NCBI GenBank assembly: GCA_038496445.1
Contig: JALMLS010000612.1
Coordinates: 186,001-250,000 of the forward strand
Reading direction: 5' to 3'
Origin: Trichosphaerium sp. ATCC 40318
Taxonomy: Eukaryota; Protista; Tubulinea
DNA length: 64,000 nt
Shown here: positions 61,501 through 64,000 of the stretch, piece by piece
Layout: every line of letters begins with the position of its first letter
How positions within the stretch are numbered: the first letter of the stretch is position 1
The notes under the pieces: generated by a model
The model's input: the letters and a program-made list of their open reading frames with translations, nothing else
Told to the model about the DNA's origin: nothing
The model's database searches: none
Program-made: the position numbers and the translations under genes

Positions 61501-64000
61501 ACAGGTAGAGGAGACGTGTCAGACACTACATTTGAAAAGTGTGACTTCATGGTAGAAGGTTAGATAATCAGACTTATTTCTTTACTAACATCAGAATATT
61601 TTAGGAAGTCAATACATAGGAGGTCAAGATCACCTGTACATTGAACCTCACTCGGCTCTTGCAATCCCTACTGAAGACAATAACATGACTATATGGTGTA
61701 CCAGTCAGTACCTTGCTTCAGCTCAAGTACTTATTATTTTAAAACTTCAACGCTTTATACTTAGCTTGATTTAGAAAGATGCTGCCAAGGTTCTTGGCAT
61801 TCACCGTAATAAAGTACAGTACGTGGTTATAAGGCCTATATTTTTTTGAAGCTAGGACCTCTGAAAAGAGAAACAGCGTTCTCGTTCATGTTAATTAAAT
61901 GTTAAAATACTTTGTTTAGAGCGAAAGTTATAAGACTTGGAGGTGGCTTTGGTGGTAAAGAAACGCGTAATGTTGTTATCAGTAGTTCTGCAACTCTTGC
62001 CGCTTCGATTTTAAATAGACCTGTTAAGATTACATTGACACGCACAGAAGATTTAACAATGACTGGCCAAAGGTTAGTTTTAAACGAAACTTTTCTTTTT
62101 ACCAGGTTTATACATCTGTTTTTTAAACTGTTTTTAACAGGGCCGCTGCTTGGATTAAGTTTAAAGCTGGCTTCAATAAAGATGCTTCTATCAACGCACT
62201 AAAGTACCATTTCTACACCAACGCTGGATTTGAGTTGGATTTATCAATGGGTGTTAATATTCATGGTCTTCACAAGGTAATGTTGGTTTCTATAGGGTTT
62301 TTTGAGTTAATTTTGTTGTGTACGTGTCTAATTCATATCTTAGATGGATGCTTCGTACCTCACACCTAACTTTTACTCATCTGGAGATGTTTGTATAACC
62401 CACAGACCAAACAACACTGCGTAAGTATTCGAAAAGTTCTCTTTCTTGAGGCATTTTGTTCTTAGTTTTGTTGCAGATTCCGTGGCTTTGGTACTCCTCA
62501 AGGTTTACTAGCAAGTGAGGCTGTTATTGACTACGTTGCAAGAACGTTGAAAATGGATCATAATGACGTTAGGGTACAACATCAGAAAAACAGTGAATTC
62601 CTTGTAAAAACTAATCCGTTTGCTTAGCTGAAAAATATGTACAATAAGGGTGATTGTACACCTCAAGGACAACAACTAGAGACGGATAACTTACGCCAAG
62701 TATTTAATGAAGCATTAAAAATGAGCAATTACGACCAAGCAAAGAAAGATGTTGAAGCTTTCAACAAGAAACATCGTATGCACGAAAAAACTTGAAACAA
62801 AAGAAAAAAAAAAATACACTTTTGATTTCCTGATACACTATAATGTAGGATGGAAAAAGAGAGGTATCAGTTGTGTTCCTTTGAAATATGGCATTAGTAT
62901 GGCTTCTAAGAATGTATTCTTTGCATTAGTTCAGGTACACCTTTTGTAATTAAGAAAACTTGACAAAGTGCTAATCAATGCTTTTAGGGTACAGCCCTAG
63001 TAAACATCAATACGGATGGAACTGTGCTAATTTCACATGGTGGAGTTGAAATGGGTCAAGGACTTCACACAAAAATGGTTCAAATTGCCGCTAGAGAGCT
63101 TGGTATACCAACATCTATGATTGAAATCAAAGCTTCTGATATTGATACTGTACGCCTTTTCCAAAAATGATTGTATTAACCTGTTTGATCAAGATTCCTA
63201 ATGCGTCAGCGACCGCAGCATCACTTGGAAGCGATGTATATGGTATAGCTGTGCTCAATGCCTGCACAATACTCAAGGAAAGGTTAGAGCCTATGAAAGC
63301 AAAGTTTCCTAAGGCATCTTGGGCTGAGGTAGATCATACTTTTTTCTTTAAATAGTTGTTTACTGTTTTTTGCTCATGGGTTTTATTTTAGGTTACTCTT
63401 CAGGCTTGGAAACACCAAATAAGTTTGTCGGCAGTAGGATTTATGAAATCAGATTTGTGTGAGTTTGATTTTGCCACAGGAAAAGGAAGACTATTCGAGT
63501 ACTTTACGTAAGGGTTTTTGTAGCATTCTAATAGAACTGACTTGTTTCTTGTGTCTTTATGCTTATTTTCTTTTTAGATATGGTGCATGTACAAGCATTG
63601 TTGAAATTGACTGCTTGACTGGAGCTTATCAAGTTCTAACAGCTGATATTTGCATGGATCTTGGGCAGAGTCTTAACCCAAGTACTGTTTTTTTTCTTAC
63701 CTTTTGATTTGATTCATTCAATGAACTTGATTCTTATGTATCTGTTAAAGGTATTGATATTGGCCAAATTGAAGGCGCTTATGTTCAAGGACTTGGGTTG
63801 ATGCTTCTCGAAGAGATTGCTGTGGAAACAGATCCAAAGTCGAACAAACGAGGTTCAATACATTGAAATATATTTTTCCTAACAACTGTTAGGACATATG
63901 GTGAGCCCTAATTTGACAGGTTATAAGATACCTAGCTTTAGGGATATTCCTATAAAATTCAACGTGAAGCTCCTAGAAAACTCTCATAATCCTTACGCAG
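58508..64000 (+). CDS. Xanthine dehydrogenase/aldehyde oxidase family molybdo-flavoenzyme (3' end beyond window)
   Basis: GTKLGC|[66 protein letters not shown]|[29 protein letters not shown]. Confidence 0.95.

Noticed and set aside
1-64000. Prokaryotic operon/defence-island reading or an alternative genetic code
   Set aside because: ORF fragmentation is explained by GT-AG introns; conserved proteins splice into standard-code frames

Overview
AT-rich, gene-dense eukaryotic DNA with many short GT-AG introns (mostly ~40-70 bp, often starting GTAC/GTAA), read with the standard code. The 5S rRNA sequence and gene content suggest a protist, probably an amoebozoan (inference). The ORF track fragments every gene, so I spliced the models below by eye and their boundaries are approximate. 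Recognisable genes: TPP2, a SNF2/BRM-type remodeller, myotubularin, a USP16/45-like deubiquitinase, a MEST-like hydrolase, an SDR, a cytochrome b5-domain protein, a kinesin-like protein and a xanthine dehydrogenase/aldehyde oxidase that runs off the right end. The most unusual part is 2.6-24 kb, where a ~14 kb block is bracketed by an inverted duplication of a gene encoding signal peptide + dynamin-like P-loop GTPase + coiled coil + class-3 lipase. One copy is complete. The other lost the lipase catalytic exon by an in-frame deletion and carries a TTAA-targeting (Kolobok-like) MITE in an intron. The bracketed block holds a PIN-nuclease/F-box fusion, an F-box/MORN-repeat gene, a motif-degenerate pseudo-kinesin, a bacterial-like choice-of-anchor-B/PA protein and a head-to-head pair of novel membrane proteins. 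Elsewhere there is a 5S rRNA gene inside a SNF2 intron, a second TIR element, a small secreted CX3C peptide and an XDH-like enzyme with a rewired substrate pocket.
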